IMG/VR virus record: IMGVR_UViG_3300045000_000060
Coordinates: 1 to 60,108 of that record
Direction: 5' to 3' (one strand)
DNA length: 60,108 nt
Source: a virus
Lineage: Duplodnaviria; Caudoviricetes
In this document: piece after piece, positions 9,537 to 18,255 of the stretch
Numbering within the stretch: the stretch's first letter is position 1
Layout: each line of letters begins with the position of its first letter
The notes under the pieces: generated by a model
Seen by the model: only the letters and a program-made list of their open reading frames with translations
Told to the model about the DNA's origin: nothing
Databases searched by the model: none
Position numbers and translations under genes: made by a program

Positions 9537-9975
9537 GGAAATGCCCCTACATACGCCACACAACTACAAGAGATGCGGCATCCCCCTGCCGCTACGCGGG
9601 CTGGATCACCGAATGAGTACGCGTATCGGAGATCCAGCCCGTGACCTTTCGCCTCGCCAGACACGAAATGCTGAAATCGTTTGTTCTGATTTGGGGCAGA
9701 AAAGGTCGCAGATGCTGACCTTTCTGCCGCATTTACGCGTGACACACTGTGATAGATCATGCGTTCGGCGCGGCCCTGATCTGACATGTCAGAGTCATGA
9801 AATTCGCTTGCGCACAACGTGCATGTGTCGGAAACTGGGCACCATAGGGCGCATGAAGAAGCCCGTCCGCGAAGGGGTCCCCCATGGTGTTCCGCCGTCG
9901 GATGCCGGCCTTGGGCCGCAAACGGGACACCCGCAACGGCGGAAACATCCTGGTTTTTCGGAAGCCATCGCACTT

Positions 9976-10227
9976 TCACAGACGAGCCTCCGTCTCCGGG
10001 GCCCCAGCCGATGTTCGGCGAGACGCCAACTTCATAAGAAGTTCGGCGGACAGCCCAGCGGCCACGCCGGTAGCGGAAGCAACAACTGCCGCCCACCATT
10101 CCGGGGGAATGTTGTCGCGTTGCGGCCACTTCCGCGCTGCCGCGATCGTGGCGCCGATTTCAATCGCCATATCGTCGGGCGTCTTCCAGAGCCCGACCAC
10201 ATCGCGAAATGACGAGATCCCATTCAT
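9976..10227 (-). CDS. Cro-like repressor
   Basis: MAIEIGATIAAARKWPQRDNIPPEWW HTH; divergent from cI; operator just upstream. Confidence 0.8.
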   Translation of the reverse strand: MNGISSFRDVVGLWKTPDDMAIEIGATIAAARKWPQRDNIPPEWWAAVVASATGVAAGLSAELLMKLASRRTSAGAPETEARL

Positions 10228-10237
10228 GGAATCATCC

Positions 10238-10279
10238 TTAGGACAAATCGTCCTAAATAGCAAGGCCATCTTGTCCTAT
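10238..10279. promoter_or_regulatory. operator pair OR (TTAGGAC-N5-GTCCTAA)
   Basis: perfect 7-5-7 palindrome at 10238-10256; degenerate CAAGGCC-N5-GTCCTAT at 10261-10279. Confidence 0.85.
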
Positions 10280-10306
10280 GACTGTGGAGAGATGGTCGGC
10301 GACAAT
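10278..10306 (+). promoter_or_regulatory. PRM-like promoter for leaderless cI
   Basis: ATGACT-17nt-GACAAT, then 6 nt to the ATG at 10313. Confidence 0.55.
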
Positions 10307-10312
10307 GGCTCT

Positions 10313-10618
10313 ATGGCCAACCGCTTGTCCGAAACGGAAGAAAAGCTGGCATTCATCGGGCGAACTCGACTCGCTCGCCTGGCGCGTTTCAATACTCAAA
10401 AGCCGATATTGATAATTCTGGGCATCGATCAGGGAACTTATAAACAATACGAGAAACGGACGCCCCTACCCCATCGCTTCATTCCCAAGTTTTGCGCCGC
10501 GACGGGTGTAGACATCGACTGGCTGCTGACGGGCGAGGGTAATGGCCCCAAGATGGTAGAGGTCCCCAAACAAGAGCGCCGCCGCATAAAGAAGCCCGCC
10601 AAAATCAGGGTGGCGTAA
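10313..10618 (+). CDS. short XRE-type CI-like repressor (no peptidase domain)
   Basis: LGIDQGTYKQYEKR...FCAATGVDIDWLLTGEG. Confidence 0.82.
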   Translation: MANRLSETEEKLAFIGRTRLARLARFNTQKPILIILGIDQGTYKQYEKRTPLPHRFIPKFCAATGVDIDWLLTGEGNGPKMVEVPKQERRRIKKPAKIRVA

Positions 10619-10637
10619 AAGAGGCTCATGCACAGCC

Positions 10638-11078
10638 GTGGGTCATCATGCGGGATTAGCCGCGCTGTTGGGACTTACAGGCATTCTCTTGGCCGGCTGC
10701 GCCAGCGTAGAGACCGTAGCGGCCACCAAGCCCCTGATTGCTGATCAGGTCGCCCGTAAAATCATCCTCGATCATCGCTCGATATGGAAAGACCCGGATT
10801 CAATTCGGGACGCCCGGATCGGGCAGCCCTATGCCTGCACCGATGAATCGGTTGCGGCCCCCGGTCCTTACTCAATTGCGACGACAAAGTTGCCGGCCTC
10901 CTGCCTATGCATCGAATTGAATGCCAAAAACTCCTATGGCGGCTATACGGGCATACACCGGACCATTGCGGTGTTTCCTGAAACTGGCGATTTTAGCACC
11001 CTGGACGGCGGGACTAAGGGCTTCCAGGAGCATTGCCAGAACTTGCATCCATTTCCAGAGCTGAACGGCCGGCGCTAA
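10638..11078 (+). CDS. lipoprotein, possible superinfection exclusion
   Basis: lipobox LAGC; KDPDS...NAKNSYGGYTG; directly downstream of cI. Confidence 0.75.
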   Translation: MGHHAGLAALLGLTGILLAGCASVETVAATKPLIADQVARKIILDHRSIWKDPDSIRDARIGQPYACTDESVAAPGPYSIATTKLPASCLCIELNAKNSYGGYTGIHRTIAVFPETGDFSTLDGGTKGFQEHCQNLHPFPELNGRR

Positions 11079-11106
11079 GCGCCCCAATTCACACCCCCGG
11101 GATTGG

Positions 11107-11151
11107 TTAGGACATTTAGTCCTTGACAGTTAGGACGTAATGTCCTAATTT
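11107..11151 (+). promoter_or_regulatory. operator pair OL overlapping PL promoter
   Basis: TTAGGAC-N5-GTCCTTG at 11107-11125 and TTAGGAC-N5-GTCCTAA at 11130-11148; TTGACA(11123)-17-TAATTT(11146). Confidence 0.88.
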
Positions 11152-11192
11152 CGTTTCACGTGAAACATCGATTCACGGGAAGCGGGGCGGTC

Positions 11193-12203
11193 ATGCAACT
11201 CAGGGACCACGAAGGCGTCAAAGGCAAGCGGGACGCCTATCCGTTTGACCCGCGATTATTGAAAATAGATTTTTCGTACAACGTAAGGGACCTTTCGTCA
11301 CCCGACGCGGTCGAAAAGCTCGGGGAGCTGAAAGAGTCCATCCGCGCCAACGGGGTACGCATGCCCCTGGAGGTCCGTCTCGACGGCGACGACGTGTTCA
11401 TCGTCGCCGGCCATCGCCGGCACAAGGCGGTGATGGAACTCATCGACGAAGGGGCCGAAATAGAAACCGTTTTGGTCCTCCACGAGGCCAAGGGCACCAA
11501 CGACGCGGAACGCACCCTCAATCTCGTGGTGTCAAATTCGGGCGAGCCGCTCAAGCCGCTGGAAGTGGCCGAGGTGGTGCGGCGTCTGGTGAACTACGGC
11601 TGGACCGAAGCGCAGGTGATGGCCCGGCTGGGCTGGAAGTCGACAGCGACGGTGCGCCAGCATCTCGACATGCTGGCCATGCCGGCGGCGGTGCAGCAAC
11701 AGGTCCGGGACGGCGACGTATCGGCGACGCTAGCCGTCAAGATCACCAAGCAGGCCAAGGAAGCCAAGGCGGACCCGGAATTCGCTGCGCAACTGATCGC
11801 CGCCAACAAGGAAGAAAACAAGCGGCTGGGCGTCGGGGTGCGCCACAAGGTGACGCCCCGGACGATCAAGCGGGACGCCAAGCCAAAGCCGGCGGCACCG
11901 GCGGAGCCCGCCCCGCCGGTTGCCGTGTTCGCCCAGCCGCCCGAACCGGAATCGATTTCTCTCCCCGCCGCGATCGAGGAACTTGAGACGCATCCGGTCA
12001 ACGGCGTGAACGGCGACGCAGACGCGGTCGCATTCGATCCCCTCACCAACCAGGACATCATCGCAGCAATCCGGCCGATCGCGGGCCTCGCCGAACAATG
12101 GGATCTCAACGAGATCGCCGACGATCATCTGATCCCGGTTTTAGCCTCTGACATCAAACGGGTTGCGCTGGTTTATGCGCGGGTCACGGGGGGAGAGCGA
12201 TGA
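11193..12203 (+). CDS. ParB/Srx-domain protein
   Basis: NVR...LKESIRANGV..PL...IVAGHRRHKA, LKPLEVAE, HTH. Confidence 0.88.
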   Translation: MQLRDHEGVKGKRDAYPFDPRLLKIDFSYNVRDLSSPDAVEKLGELKESIRANGVRMPLEVRLDGDDVFIVAGHRRHKAVMELIDEGAEIETVLVLHEAKGTNDAERTLNLVVSNSGEPLKPLEVAEVVRRLVNYGWTEAQVMARLGWKSTATVRQHLDMLAMPAAVQQQVRDGDVSATLAVKITKQAKEAKADPEFAAQLIAANKEENKRLGVGVRHKVTPRTIKRDAKPKPAAPAEPAPPVAVFAQPPEPESISLPAAIEELETHPVNGVNGDADAVAFDPLTNQDIIAAIRPIAGLAEQWDLNEIADDHLIPVLASDIKRVALVYARVTGGER

Positions 12204-12379
12204 CCATCGAAGCCAAGCCCTTCGACCAGATGACGCTCGCCGAACTCTGCCACGAGCGCGCCTATTGGGATCAGATCATCACCAACGCGGCTGGCTGGGG
12301 CTCGGCCCGCCAGATCGCGATCGATTTCAGGACGGCCTGCGACGCGATGATCGCGCGGCGGGTGAAGGAAGCGGCCTGA
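12200..12379 (+). CDS. hypothetical protein
   Basis: ATGA-coupled to parB, 59 aa. Confidence 0.6.
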   Translation: MTIEAKPFDQMTLAELCHERAYWDQIITNAAGWGSARQIAIDFRTACDAMIARRVKEAA

Positions 12380-12423
12380 TTTTTTGTTGTGTTGTGTCGC
12401 GTTTGTAAAAGTGGAGTTGCGTC

Positions 12424-13029
12424 ATGGCCTTTGTGCAGTTGGGTGCGGTCCCGGCCGTCGAAGTCTTCCGGGCAGAAATCAAATCGATCACCGAGCGATC
12501 GGACGGCGAGAAGATGGCCCTATTAATACTACGGCGAGGCAATGATCTGGCGAAGGCGTGTCTTGCCATCGCCGTCACGGTTGGCTGGCCGCAACCGTCC
12601 AAGGCGGACTGGCGTTCGCTGATCGCGGACCGCCTCGTCATGCGCGGCGAGCTGACGGGCTTTCTTGTGCTGACGTCGACCGGGCTCATGCAGCAGCAGC
12701 GGTTGGCCGTCGCGATGGCGCGCGTCAGCAGCCTGCACTTCCTGCTCCCGTCGGGCGGCGATCGTTACAACGTCTATTGCCACTGCACCTGCGGCTGGAC
12801 CGCATCGCTCTCGCGCAATCAGGGCTATCTCGTCACCGGCCAATGGGCCGCCTTCACGGCGCACATGGATGCGGTCGCCAAGGGCATCTGGAAACGGCCG
12901 AGGTCGGTCGAGGAGACGGTCGCCGGGATTTGCTCGCCGACGGTGCCCTCCGACCGGCCTCCGGGTGATCCCACGGTCGCGCCCGAGACACTCCCCTCTC
13001 CTGAAACAATTCTGGCGCGCTCGTCATGA
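12424..13029 (+). CDS. hypothetical protein with CTCGW Zn motif
   Basis: RBS GGAG; CHCTCGW...H. Confidence 0.65.
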   Translation: MAFVQLGAVPAVEVFRAEIKSITERSDGEKMALLILRRGNDLAKACLAIAVTVGWPQPSKADWRSLIADRLVMRGELTGFLVLTSTGLMQQQRLAVAMARVSSLHFLLPSGGDRYNVYCHCTCGWTASLSRNQGYLVTGQWAAFTAHMDAVAKGIWKRPRSVEETVAGICSPTVPSDRPPGDPTVAPETLPSPETILARSS

Positions 13030-13244
13030 ACGCCACCGCCCGCAAACTCATCCTCGACATGGTGACGGCCGAATTCACCGCTGCCGATCCCGATGGATTC
13101 GAGGATGCAACGGCGGTCTACGGCGACGATATCGAAACCTCCTACGATCTTCTCGATGAGCACGACTGCGTTGAACCGGGCGGGCATCTGTTCCTGGCGA
13201 AGTGCGGGAACGTGCGGTGCATTCATTGCGGGAGGAAGGGATGA
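13026..13244 (+). CDS. small Zn-finger hypothetical protein
   Basis: ATGA overlap; CIHCG. Confidence 0.6.
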   Translation: MNATARKLILDMVTAEFTAADPDGFEDATAVYGDDIETSYDLLDEHDCVEPGGHLFLAKCGNVRCIHCGRKG

Positions 13245-13332
13245 AGTTTTTGCGGACTACGGCCGGAGTAACGAACGGATAGGCGCTCACGGTGAGCGAG
13301 GGCGGAGCAAGGTGCAACAAGGAGCGATAACC

Positions 13333-13563
13333 ATGTGGCTTTATGCAATTTATTGTGTTGGCGCCTTCAATGCCTGCCAAGGCTACTACAGGACGGAAGC
13401 TAATCCGCAGTTTGGTTACCGTGCCTCGGAAACCAAGCAAGAATGCGCCGACACGGCGATGAAGTCTGTCCAGGTTGAGCGGTTTCAAAATCCGGGCAGA
13501 GATATTCGGTGGAAGTGCATCGACATCTCGAAGGTCGACGCGCCGGAAGATACGCGGAAATAG
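13333..13563 (+). CDS. hypothetical protein
   Basis: RBS AAGGAG; paired Cys. Confidence 0.6.
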   Translation: MWLYAIYCVGAFNACQGYYRTEANPQFGYRASETKQECADTAMKSVQVERFQNPGRDIRWKCIDISKVDAPEDTRK

Positions 13564-13568
13564 TCCCC

Positions 13569-13967
13569 ATGCCCTTCCGCCGCCGCCTCACCACCACCCA
13601 ACGCCGCGCGCTCTATGACGCCGCGGTCAAAGTGGCGCGTGAAGCCGGCAAGGAATTTCCTGACTGCAATCTGTGCCGCCTCCCAATCCGGCCGGGCGAA
13701 CAGTGGGAGGAGAGCCACGTCGGGCGACCCGCCGCGTTCGGAGGGACAGATAGCGGCGTCGGCCATCGCCGTTGCAATAGGAAACACGGCTCGCAAGTCG
13801 TTGTGCCGATGGTCGCCAAGGCCAAGCGCACCGGCGACAAGTTTCTCGACATCAAGCGGACGCGGACGCCGCTTCCTGGCGGACGCGATGATCCGCGCAA
13901 ACGAACCATGGCAGGCGTCGTCGTCGATCGGAAAACCGGAGAACGATGGGGAGGCACACCAAGATGA
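13569..13967 (+). CDS. HNH endonuclease-like protein
   Basis: CNLC...WEESH...GHRRCN. Confidence 0.75.
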   Translation: MPFRRRLTTTQRRALYDAAVKVAREAGKEFPDCNLCRLPIRPGEQWEESHVGRPAAFGGTDSGVGHRRCNRKHGSQVVVPMVAKAKRTGDKFLDIKRTRTPLPGGRDDPRKRTMAGVVVDRKTGERWGGTPR

Positions 13968-14224
13968 GTGATCGAACGCAGCAACTTCTCGATGCCCTCG
14001 CGCCCCTCGCGCTCGCGGCAAAACAGCAGGCCGAACTCGATCGGTCGATCGCCGCTCTACGCAACGACGGCATCGAGCGGTCTTCGTATCTCGGCCGCGC
14101 CACCCGCTGGCAGGCGCTCTACGACGCCGCCGCCGCCGCCATGGAAGCGAGCATGTCGGAATCCGACGGCTATGCCATGCCCTCCCCGCCGCACGGCGCG
14201 GCACTTCAAATGGAGACAAGATGA
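13964..14224 (+). CDS. hypothetical protein
   Basis: RBS GGAGG; coupled. Confidence 0.6.
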   Translation: MSDRTQQLLDALAPLALAAKQQAELDRSIAALRNDGIERSSYLGRATRWQALYDAAAAAMEASMSESDGYAMPSPPHGAALQMETR

Positions 14225-14514
14225 TCACCGCTTCCGCCATCAATCGTCTACCGCAGCCAATGCGGGCCGCACTGCGCGACCTGATGGCCCATGGCCGGCT
14301 CCTGTTCATGGCCGGGCATTACGAAACCCCGACCGGCGAACGTCACCGCGCCGACACCGTTGGTGCGCTGGTGAGCCGCGGCATCGTCGCGCTCACGACG
14401 CCGCAGCCTCGCCACACCGTGGCGCGGCTCACGGCCCCCGGCCGTATTCTTGTGTGTGAGGCCGCCGGCTACGAGGCGGATGCGTTGGCTTCTGCGGCCC
14501 TAGTAAGCGCGTGA
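14221..14514 (+). CDS. hypothetical winged-helix-like protein
   Basis: TVGALVSRGIV...RLTAPG. Confidence 0.6.
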   Translation: MITASAINRLPQPMRAALRDLMAHGRLLFMAGHYETPTGERHRADTVGALVSRGIVALTTPQPRHTVARLTAPGRILVCEAAGYEADALASAALVSA

Positions 14515-14577
14515 GAACGGCCAAGGCGCGTTGACGCCTGCGGGCCGCGTTCAATCCGATCTTTCGGAGCACGAGCC

Positions 14578-14757
14578 ATGAGCCAGCTATTGAGCATCCG
14601 TGAAGCCGCTTCCGATCTGCACGAGCGGGCGGCCAGTCTCTGTGAATCCGAAATGGCGAACGCGTTTCCCCTCTTTCGCGGGCTGATGGTCGCCGCTCCA
14701 ATGAGCCTGGTGCTGTGGGCGCTGATCATTCTGGCGATAGGGTGGATGCTGGGATGA
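14578..14757 (+). CDS. small membrane protein
   Basis: C-terminal hydrophobic helix; coupled to xis. Confidence 0.55.
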   Translation: MSQLLSIREAASDLHERAASLCESEMANAFPLFRGLMVAAPMSLVLWALIILAIGWMLG

Positions 14758-15191
14758 ACGCCCCAACTACCGACTTTCGGCCGGATCTGCCCTTGCGGCT
14801 CGATATCGCCGCACGAACCGCCTTCCCCGATGGCTCGATGACGGCCAGTGGACTGCGCAAGGAAGCCGGCCGCGGCAACCTTGTCATCTCCCGCATGGCG
14901 GGCAAGGATTACACCACCTTGAACGCCATCGCCCGAATGAGGGAACTATGCCAACTCCCGCCAAAGGAACGCGCCTCTGGCTCCGCAAGGCCCGCCGGGA
15001 TCGGAGCGGCAGAATCACCCGCAAGTCGGTCTGGCTCATCCGCGATGGAAAGCGCGACAAGAGCACTGGCTGCGGCCCGGGCGAGCGTGCAGGCGCTGAA
15101 AAATCCCTCTCAGCCTACCTCAACCGCAAGCAAGTCACCGACGTCACCAAGGGGGTCCGTCATCCCTCTCAGATCCCGGTCGCCTCCGTGA
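14754..15191 (+). CDS. xis: excisionase
   Basis: PLRLDIAA...FPDGSMTASGLRKEA.RG.L...GKDYTTL..I..MR..C; overlaps the int start. Confidence 0.8.
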   Translation: MNAPTTDFRPDLPLRLDIAARTAFPDGSMTASGLRKEAGRGNLVISRMAGKDYTTLNAIARMRELCQLPPKERASGSARPAGIGAAESPASRSGSSAMESATRALAAARASVQALKNPSQPTSTASKSPTSPRGSVIPLRSRSPP

Positions 15192-16096
15192 TCGCGCTCT
15201 ACTCAGAAGCGAAAGCAGAAGGCCACGCCCGGCCGAAAGAGACCGGAGCGCGGTTTGATAATCTGCTGGATTTTTTCGGCGACAAGATGCTGTCGGATAT
15301 CAACGGCGATCTTTGCCGAAAATATGCTGCGGCCCGATCGACCGACGCGGCAGCACGGCGCGAGCTCGAAGATTTACGCGCAGCGGTCAACATGCACCTT
15401 CAGGAAGGCCAGTGCTCCGAGATCATCAAGATCGTTCTCCCAAGACGCCGGCCGCCGCGCGAGCGATGGCTGACCCGCCAGGAGGCCGCGCAGCTCATCC
15501 GCCACGCCTGGCACTACCGGGAGATTCAGAAGGGTAGCCCCACGGGCCGCTTCAGCCGACGGCACCTCGCAAAATTCAGTCTTGTGGCTGCTTACACCGG
15601 CACACGAGCATCGGCCATCTGCGGGGCCGCGCTGCAGCCGACACCGGGGAGCGGGTGGATCGACCTTGAGCGCGGCGTTTTCTACCGACGCCCGATCGGC
15701 AAGCAGCAGACCAAGAAGCGGCAACCCGCGATCCCACTCCCCGTCGGCCTGCTCACGCACCTGCGCCGCTGGAAACGCATGGGACAGCGTTATGCCGTCG
15801 AATGGAATGGACAGCCCGTGCGCTCGGTCAGCAAGGGGTTCCGAAATGCCGTTCGCGACGCCGGCCTGAGCGCCGATGTCACGCCGCACGTCTGGCGGCA
15901 CACGTGCGCGACGTGGATGCTCCAGCGCGGCACGCCGCCCTTCGAGGTCGCCGGCTACACCGGCATGACGCTGCAGACCGTCCAGGACATCTATGGCCAC
16001 CACAGCCCGGATCATCTGTCGAAGGCCCGCAAGAGCTTTTCGCAACATCGCGACGATGCTGTGGCCGATGCTGTGGCCCGGAGGGCTGCGAAATGA
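14948..16096 (+). CDS. int: tyrosine integrase
   Basis: YTGTR, K, HVWRH, Y(for H)TG, YGH catalytic set; next to attP. Confidence 0.93.
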   Translation: MPTPAKGTRLWLRKARRDRSGRITRKSVWLIRDGKRDKSTGCGPGERAGAEKSLSAYLNRKQVTDVTKGVRHPSQIPVASVIALYSEAKAEGHARPKETGARFDNLLDFFGDKMLSDINGDLCRKYAAARSTDAAARRELEDLRAAVNMHLQEGQCSEIIKIVLPRRRPPRERWLTRQEAAQLIRHAWHYREIQKGSPTGRFSRRHLAKFSLVAAYTGTRASAICGAALQPTPGSGWIDLERGVFYRRPIGKQQTKKRQPAIPLPVGLLTHLRRWKRMGQRYAVEWNGQPVRSVSKGFRNAVRDAGLSADVTPHVWRHTCATWMLQRGTPPFEVAGYTGMTLQTVQDIYGHHSPDHLSKARKSFSQHRDDAVADAVARRAAK

Positions 16097-16264
16097 GAAA
16101 AAGCTGGTCGGAGTGGCAGGATTTGAACCTGCGACCCCCTCGTCCCGAACGAGGTAGGCCACCTTACAATCATTGGATTATCTCGCTTTTTCGCCCACGT
16201 TCGGCGACGTTCGCCCTCATCCGTTTACGTTCGGTTCACGGGATGCTGTGGCCAAGCTGTGGCC
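16055..16264. repeat. integrase arm-type direct repeats flanking attP
   Basis: GCTGTGGCC x4 at 16058, 16070, 16245 and 16256. Confidence 0.75.
16105..16155 (-). mobile_element. attP core = 3' part of tRNA-Pro(CGG)
   Basis: reverse complement ACCTCGTTCGGGACGAGGGGGTCGCAGGTTCAAATCCTGCCACTCCGACCA has anticodon arm, T arm and CCA but no D arm or 5' acceptor strand. Confidence 0.92.
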
Positions 16265-16280
16265 CGCGGCCGGTGTCGCC

Positions 16281-16472
16281 ATGACCGCCTCCCAATCCGC
16301 CACCCCCGCCTTCGCCGACGCGAGCGAGACCGCGCTCGACCAGCCGCTCCCCGAACTCCCGCCCGGCAAGAAGTACGGCCCGCGCATCGGCGGCTGGGGC
16401 CCGTACTCGATTATCGACGATGTGGCCGTTGCGCGCGATCAGGCCGCTGAGAGGGGATCAGTAAATTCGTGA
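16281..16472 (+). CDS. hypothetical protein
   Basis: GTGA-coupled to methylase 1. Confidence 0.45.
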   Translation: MTASQSATPAFADASETALDQPLPELPPGKKYGPRIGGWGPYSIIDDVAVARDQAAERGSVNS

Positions 16473-17467
16473 ACTACTACAACGAGATTGACCCATATGC
16501 AGCGCAGTGGCTCCGCAACCTCATCGACGCCGGACACATCGCCAGAGGCGACGTTGACGAGCGGAGCATCGTCGACGTGCGATCAGGCGAGCTCGCCGGT
16601 TACACGCAATGCCATTTCTTCGCTGGCATCGGCGGATGGTCCGTCGCACTCCGCCTCGCCGGCTGGTCCGATGACAGACCTGTTTGGACAGGCTCATGCC
16701 CCTGCCAGCCCTTCAGTGCCGCCGGCGCGGGCAAGGCGGCCGATGACGAACGCCACCTGTGGCCTGCGTGGTTTTCTCTCATCGCCGAGTGCCGCCCTCC
16801 AATCGTCTTTGGAGAGCAGGTTGAAGCGGCGATTGGATGGGGCTGGCTCGACGCTGTTTTCGCTGACCTGGAGGGCGAAGGCTACGCCTGCGGGGCGGCC
16901 GTACTCCCAGCTTGCGGCGTCGGCGCTCCGCATATCCGACAGCGAACATGGTTCGTGGCCAACACCGATGGCCGGGACACCAGCGCAGAAGGGCTACAAC
17001 GAGGCGGGGAACACGGACAGCAGCCGCAAAATGGTCTCGCTATGCGCGGGCTGGGCGACGCCTCGAAGCACGGAAGCGGGTCACTCGACCGGCAACCCGG
17101 ATCGCGCGCTCAATCACCGGAGCCGGCTGGAGGATCAGATTTTCCTCGCGTCTTGGTCAACACCGCGGGCGAACAAGTGGGGATTCCCGGATGCACATGG
17201 CAGCCAGGAAGCCCCATGGGCAACGCCGACAGCGAACGAGAAACGGCGTCGGGAGGATTTTCAAGAGGGCCGATCACTCAACGCGCTCGAAGCTTTTGGT
17301 CCGAAGCCGAATGGATCGAATGTCGGGACGGCCAGCAGCGGCCAATTGAACCCGGATCATCCCCGCTGGCTCATGGGATACCGGCGCGACCATCTAAGCT
17401 TCGCGCCTACGGCAACGCGATCGTTCCGCAAGTCGCGGCTGAATTCATCAAAGCCGCCTGCGATTAA
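16469..17467 (+). CDS. C5-cytosine DNA methyltransferase 1 (alpha chain)
   Basis: FFAGIGG, TGSCPCQPFS, GEQV, PHIRQR, YGNAIVP. Confidence 0.92.
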   Translation: MNYYNEIDPYAAQWLRNLIDAGHIARGDVDERSIVDVRSGELAGYTQCHFFAGIGGWSVALRLAGWSDDRPVWTGSCPCQPFSAAGAGKAADDERHLWPAWFSLIAECRPPIVFGEQVEAAIGWGWLDAVFADLEGEGYACGAAVLPACGVGAPHIRQRTWFVANTDGRDTSAEGLQRGGEHGQQPQNGLAMRGLGDASKHGSGSLDRQPGSRAQSPEPAGGSDFPRVLVNTAGEQVGIPGCTWQPGSPMGNADSERETASGGFSRGPITQRARSFWSEAEWIECRDGQQRPIEPGSSPLAHGIPARPSKLRAYGNAIVPQVAAEFIKAACD

Positions 17468-17522
17468 ATCCAACTCTAGTACATGTGCGTCCGAGGTTTC
17501 ACCTGCAACCAAAGGAGAATGA
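16488..17522 (+). CDS. nested +1-frame ORF: putative methylase 1 beta chain (TRD repeats plus motif IX)
   Basis: 344 open codons; four WxTP repeats; GQLNPDHPRWLMGY; true start uncertain. Confidence 0.7.
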   Translation: MTHMQRSGSATSSTPDTSPEATLTSGASSTCDQASSPVTRNAISSLASADGPSHSASPAGPMTDLFGQAHAPASPSVPPARARRPMTNATCGLRGFLSSPSAALQSSLESRLKRRLDGAGSTLFSLTWRAKATPAGRPYSQLAASALRISDSEHGSWPTPMAGTPAQKGYNEAGNTDSSRKMVSLCAGWATPRSTEAGHSTGNPDRALNHRSRLEDQIFLASWSTPRANKWGFPDAHGSQEAPWATPTANEKRRREDFQEGRSLNALEAFGPKPNGSNVGTASSGQLNPDHPRWLMGYRRDHLSFAPTATRSFRKSRLNSSKPPAIKSNSSTCASEVSPATKGE

Positions 17523-17524
17523 AC

Positions 17525-17842
17525 ATGTATTTCGATCCGACACTGCGCACCGACGCGAAGCCGATCGAGACGAAGGCAGATCCTTTCAAGCTCGGCACGC
17601 TCATCGCGTGGCTAGAGAAGCAGCCGGCCGACAAGCCGTATTGCTATCTCAGTTGCGGCGAGTGCCTGCTGGCAAATTACTTTACGGCGCACGGCCTCAA
17701 GCGGGTCTCGCTTGGCTACAACGCGCTCCACCACTCAGGGGGCATCAGGCTATTGCCGCCGGATTTCAACGACATCGCCTACTACGGAACGCGGACCTAT
17801 GGCGCTGCGCTCGATCGCGCGCGGGCATTGGTGCAGCGGTGA
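17525..17842 (+). CDS. hypothetical protein
   Basis: RBS AAGGAG; LIAWLEKQP...CLLANY. Confidence 0.7.
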   Translation: MYFDPTLRTDAKPIETKADPFKLGTLIAWLEKQPADKPYCYLSCGECLLANYFTAHGLKRVSLGYNALHHSGGIRLLPPDFNDIAYYGTRTYGAALDRARALVQR

Positions 17843-17874
17843 CAGAACATTCTACAGTTACAGGAGAAACCACC

Positions 17875-18246
17875 ATGTCGGATATTCTTTGGTGCTGCCA
17901 CGTTCGCGGTCCTGACGACGTTTACGCCGCGCCGGATTACGACACCGCGCTCAAGTGGGCGGACATAACTAACGCCTTCAACTGGCGCGGACGGAAGGGG
18001 ACAGTCGCACCGCCAGTCTCCTACGAAGACTGTCTGCTGAAAGCCGCCCCTGCCATCTGGCCTTGGAGCGCGGAAGCGCATGCGGAGAACCTCCCGAAGT
18101 CGATCGCGGACTTCGCGCCGCGTGGGGCCGGCATCGCAGTCGGAGAGAGCAACACAATCGAACATGGCGACGGCAGCGTGACGACCGCAACACGGCTGCC
18201 GGATGCGCCGGATGGCACGCCGCAAATTGCTCTTAAAAGGCAATAA
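17875..18246 (+). CDS. hypothetical phage protein
   Basis: RBS AGGAG; LWCCHVRGPDDVYAAP...WPWSAEAH. Confidence 0.7.
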   Translation: MSDILWCCHVRGPDDVYAAPDYDTALKWADITNAFNWRGRKGTVAPPVSYEDCLLKAAPAIWPWSAEAHAENLPKSIADFAPRGAGIAVGESNTIEHGDGSVTTATRLPDAPDGTPQIALKRQ

Positions 18247-18255
18247 GGGCGCGGC

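Noticed and set aside
8951-10129. 392-aa minus-strand ORF
   Set aside because: Overlaps the better-supported cro and CII-like genes in other frames; no protein-like features.
16105-16155. complete tRNA-Pro gene
   Set aside because: Only the anticodon arm to CCA is present; there is no D arm or 5' acceptor strand, so it is the att core.
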